From a virus (lineage: Duplodnaviria; Heunggongvirae; Uroviricota; Caudoviricetes): a DNA stretch of 6,915 nt. The position numbers and the translations under genes are program-made. The stretch covers positions 1 through 6,915 of the IMG/VR virus record IMGVR_UViG_2713896896_000002, one strand, 5' to 3'. Every line of letters starts with the position of its first letter. Within the stretch, counting starts at the first letter, position 1. The notes beneath the pieces were generated by a model. The model had not been told where the DNA came from and did not search any database. It was given only the letters and a program-made list of their open reading frames with translations. Of the stretch, positions 5,787 through 6,915 are shown piece after piece.

Positions 5787-5942
5787 ATGAAGCAGCAAAA
5801 GGCGATGTTAGTCGCCCTGATCGTCATCTGTTTAACCGTCATTGTTACGGCACTGGTAACGAGGAAAGACCTCTGCGAGGTACGAATCCGAACCGGTCAG
5901 ACGGAGGTCGCTGTCTTCACAGCTTACGAACCTGAGGAGTAA
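5787..5942 (+). CDS. hokD: Hok/Gef-family type I toxin (51 aa), closest in my recollection to HokD (RelF)
   Basis: MKQQKAMLVALIVICLTVIVTALVTRKDLCEVRIRTGQTEVAVFTAYEPEE carries the Hok signature (TM helix then RKDLCEVRIRTGQTEVAVFTAYE). SD AAGGAGAAG at 5772-5780. An in-frame upstream ATG at 5730 (track ORF 5730-5942) may play a mok-like coupling role. Confidence 0.85.
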   Translation: MKQQKAMLVALIVICLTVIVTALVTRKDLCEVRIRTGQTEVAVFTAYEPEE

Positions 5943-5950
5943 GAGACCAG

Positions 5951-6005
5951 GCGAGGGAGAAATCCCTCGCCACCTCTGATGAGTCAGGCATCCTCAACGC
6001 ACCCG
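5951..6005 (+). other. hok mRNA 3' structures: hairpin GCGAGGGA-GAAA-TCCCTCGC (5951-5970) and fbi-like element CCTCAACGCACCC (5993-6005) complementary to the mRNA 5' end (5617-5628)
   Basis: The 3' element is the reverse complement of GGGTGCTTGAGG at the predicted 5' end, with one bulged base. This is the hallmark 5'-3' closure of full-length hok mRNAs. The hairpin is a perfect 8-bp stem with GAAA loop. Confidence 0.6.
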
Positions 6006-6296
6006 CACTTACAACCGATGGCGCACGATACCAAATTATACAATTCTGATGATTCTGCCGTCTTTGCCAGCAGGCGCGGACGGTGTTTTCACGCATTCAA
6101 ATCTGACTGGTACCAGCATCCCCCATGCACTGAAGAACAGGCCGAATGGATAATTCAGTGTTACCGCAGGCGCGGATGCGAGGTTAAAAAAGCCCTTAGC
6201 CTCGACTACCGTCACTGGATAATCTCCGTCAGGCTCCCTTACTCCGAACGGCCGCCGCGTCCGTCCCGCACATTCCAGCAACGGATCTGGAGGTAA
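5979..6296 (+). CDS. Hypothetical protein, possibly Rem-like (Qin-prophage position between hokD and ydfU); 105 aa, or 92 aa from ATG 6018
   Basis: ORF with plausible protein-like composition (FKSDWYQHPPCTEEQAEWIIQCYRRRGCEVKK). Gene order matches hokD-rem-ydfU as I recall for E. coli K-12 Qin. No SD for either candidate start; the 5979 start would lie inside the hok mRNA 3' end. Confidence 0.5.
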   Translation: MSQASSTHPHLQPMAHDTKLYNSDDSAVFASRRGRCFHAFKSDWYQHPPCTEEQAEWIIQCYRRRGCEVKKALSLDYRHWIISVRLPYSERPPRPSRTFQQRIWR

Positions 6297-6297
6297 C

Positions 6298-6915
6298 GTG
6301 CGGGTATTACTTCGACCTGTTCTGGTACCGGAACTCGGGCTGGTGGTCCTTAAGCCTGGTCGTGAATCCATGCAGGTATTTCATAATCCTCGAGTGCTGG
6401 TGGAGCCGGAACCGAAAAGCATGCGCAGTCTGCCGTCAGGAGCTGTTCCTGCCGTTCGCCAGCCGCTCGTGGAAGATAAATCATTACTGCCATTTTTCAG
6501 CGATGAGCGGGCGATTCGTGCTGCTGGCGGCGCTGGCGCATTGTCTGACTGGCTCCTGCGTCATGTTAAATCCTGCCAGTGGCCTCATGGTGACTATCAC
6601 CACAGCGAAACCGTCATACATCGTTACGGTACCGGCGCGATGGTGTTGTGCTGGCACTGTGACAACCAGCTGCGCGACCAGACATCAGAGTCACTCGGGC
6701 AACTTGCTCAACAAAACTTGTCAGCATGGATGATTGACGTCATCCGTCACGCAATGAATGGCACACAGGAGCGGGAATTATCGCTGGCTGAATTATCCTG
6801 GTGGGCGGTCCGCAATCAGGTGGCGGACGCGCTACCGGAAGTGGTATTACGTCGTTCGCTGGGGTTGCGTGCGGAAAAAATCCGCTCAATGTACCGTGAA
6901 AGCGACATCGTACCG
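6298..6915 (+). CDS. DUF968/YdfU-like prophage protein, 5' portion (continues beyond window end)
   Basis: Open frame from GTG 6298 to the window edge (206 codons, no stop). SD GGAGG at 6289-6293. The GTG lies 1 nt after the upstream stop TAA (6294-6296). Cys/His-rich segment CQWPHGDYHHSETVIHRYGTGAMVLCWHCDNQ. The track ORF 6362-6733 is in another frame and looks spurious. Alternative start ATG 6370. Confidence 0.65.
   Translation, partial: MRVLLRPVLVPELGLVVLKPGRESMQVFHNPRVLVEPEPKSMRSLPSGAVPAVRQPLVEDKSLLPFFSDERAIRAAGGAGALSDWLLRHVKSCQWPHGDYHHSETVIHRYGTGAMVLCWHCDNQLRDQTSESLGQLAQQNLSAWMIDVIRHAMNGTQERELSLAELSWWAVRNQVADALPEVVLRRSLGLRAEKIRSMYRESDIVP
6339..6403 (+). other. Two Chi sites (GCTGGTGG) 57 bp apart at 6339-6346 and 6396-6403
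   Basis: Exact octamers in the same orientation as the site at 1225. Confidence 0.7.

Noticed and set aside
6036-6733. ORF 6036-6371 (-) and ORF 6362-6733 (+)
   Set aside because: 6036-6371 is antisense to the Rem-like ORF. 6362-6733 is out of frame with the long open frame (6298 to window end), which has protein-like composition and an SD; the track ORF looks like an alternate-frame artefact.
1-6915. CRISPR arrays, tRNA or rRNA genes, integrase, IS elements, att sites
   Set aside because: No regularly spaced direct repeats with unique spacers, no cloverleaf-like sequences, and no transposase- or integrase-like ORFs were seen. The only repeats are the origin iterons and operator palindromes.

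Overview
This window reads as the early region of a lambdoid (Rac/Qin-like) enterobacterial prophage, with almost every gene on the + strand. Left to right: an OL-like operator pair (100-136); a short leftward XRE-type repressor (179-598) divergent from a Cro/YdaS-like gene (700-981) across an operator/promoter region; a YdaT-like (cII-position) gene (965-1390); a replication initiator with N-terminal winged helix and DnaT-like C-terminus (1414-2376) that carries a 15-bp-period iteron array and a GATC-containing AT-rich tract inside its own coding sequence; and a DnaC-homologous helicase loader (2383-3129). Downstream is an accessory block of four unnamed ORFs (3152-5247), two tiny hydrophobic peptide ORFs absent from the ORF track (5252-5323, 5485-5574), an apparently intact hok/sok-type type I toxin locus (hok 5787-5942) whose 5'/3' long-range pairing is visible, a Rem-like ORF, and the 5' part of a DUF968/YdfU-like gene running off the window. 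No tRNA, rRNA, CRISPR array, integrase or IS element was seen. The most likely places for something undescribed are the accessory block and the small-peptide region just upstream of hok. All family assignments are from reading the sequence and recalled motifs, not from searches.
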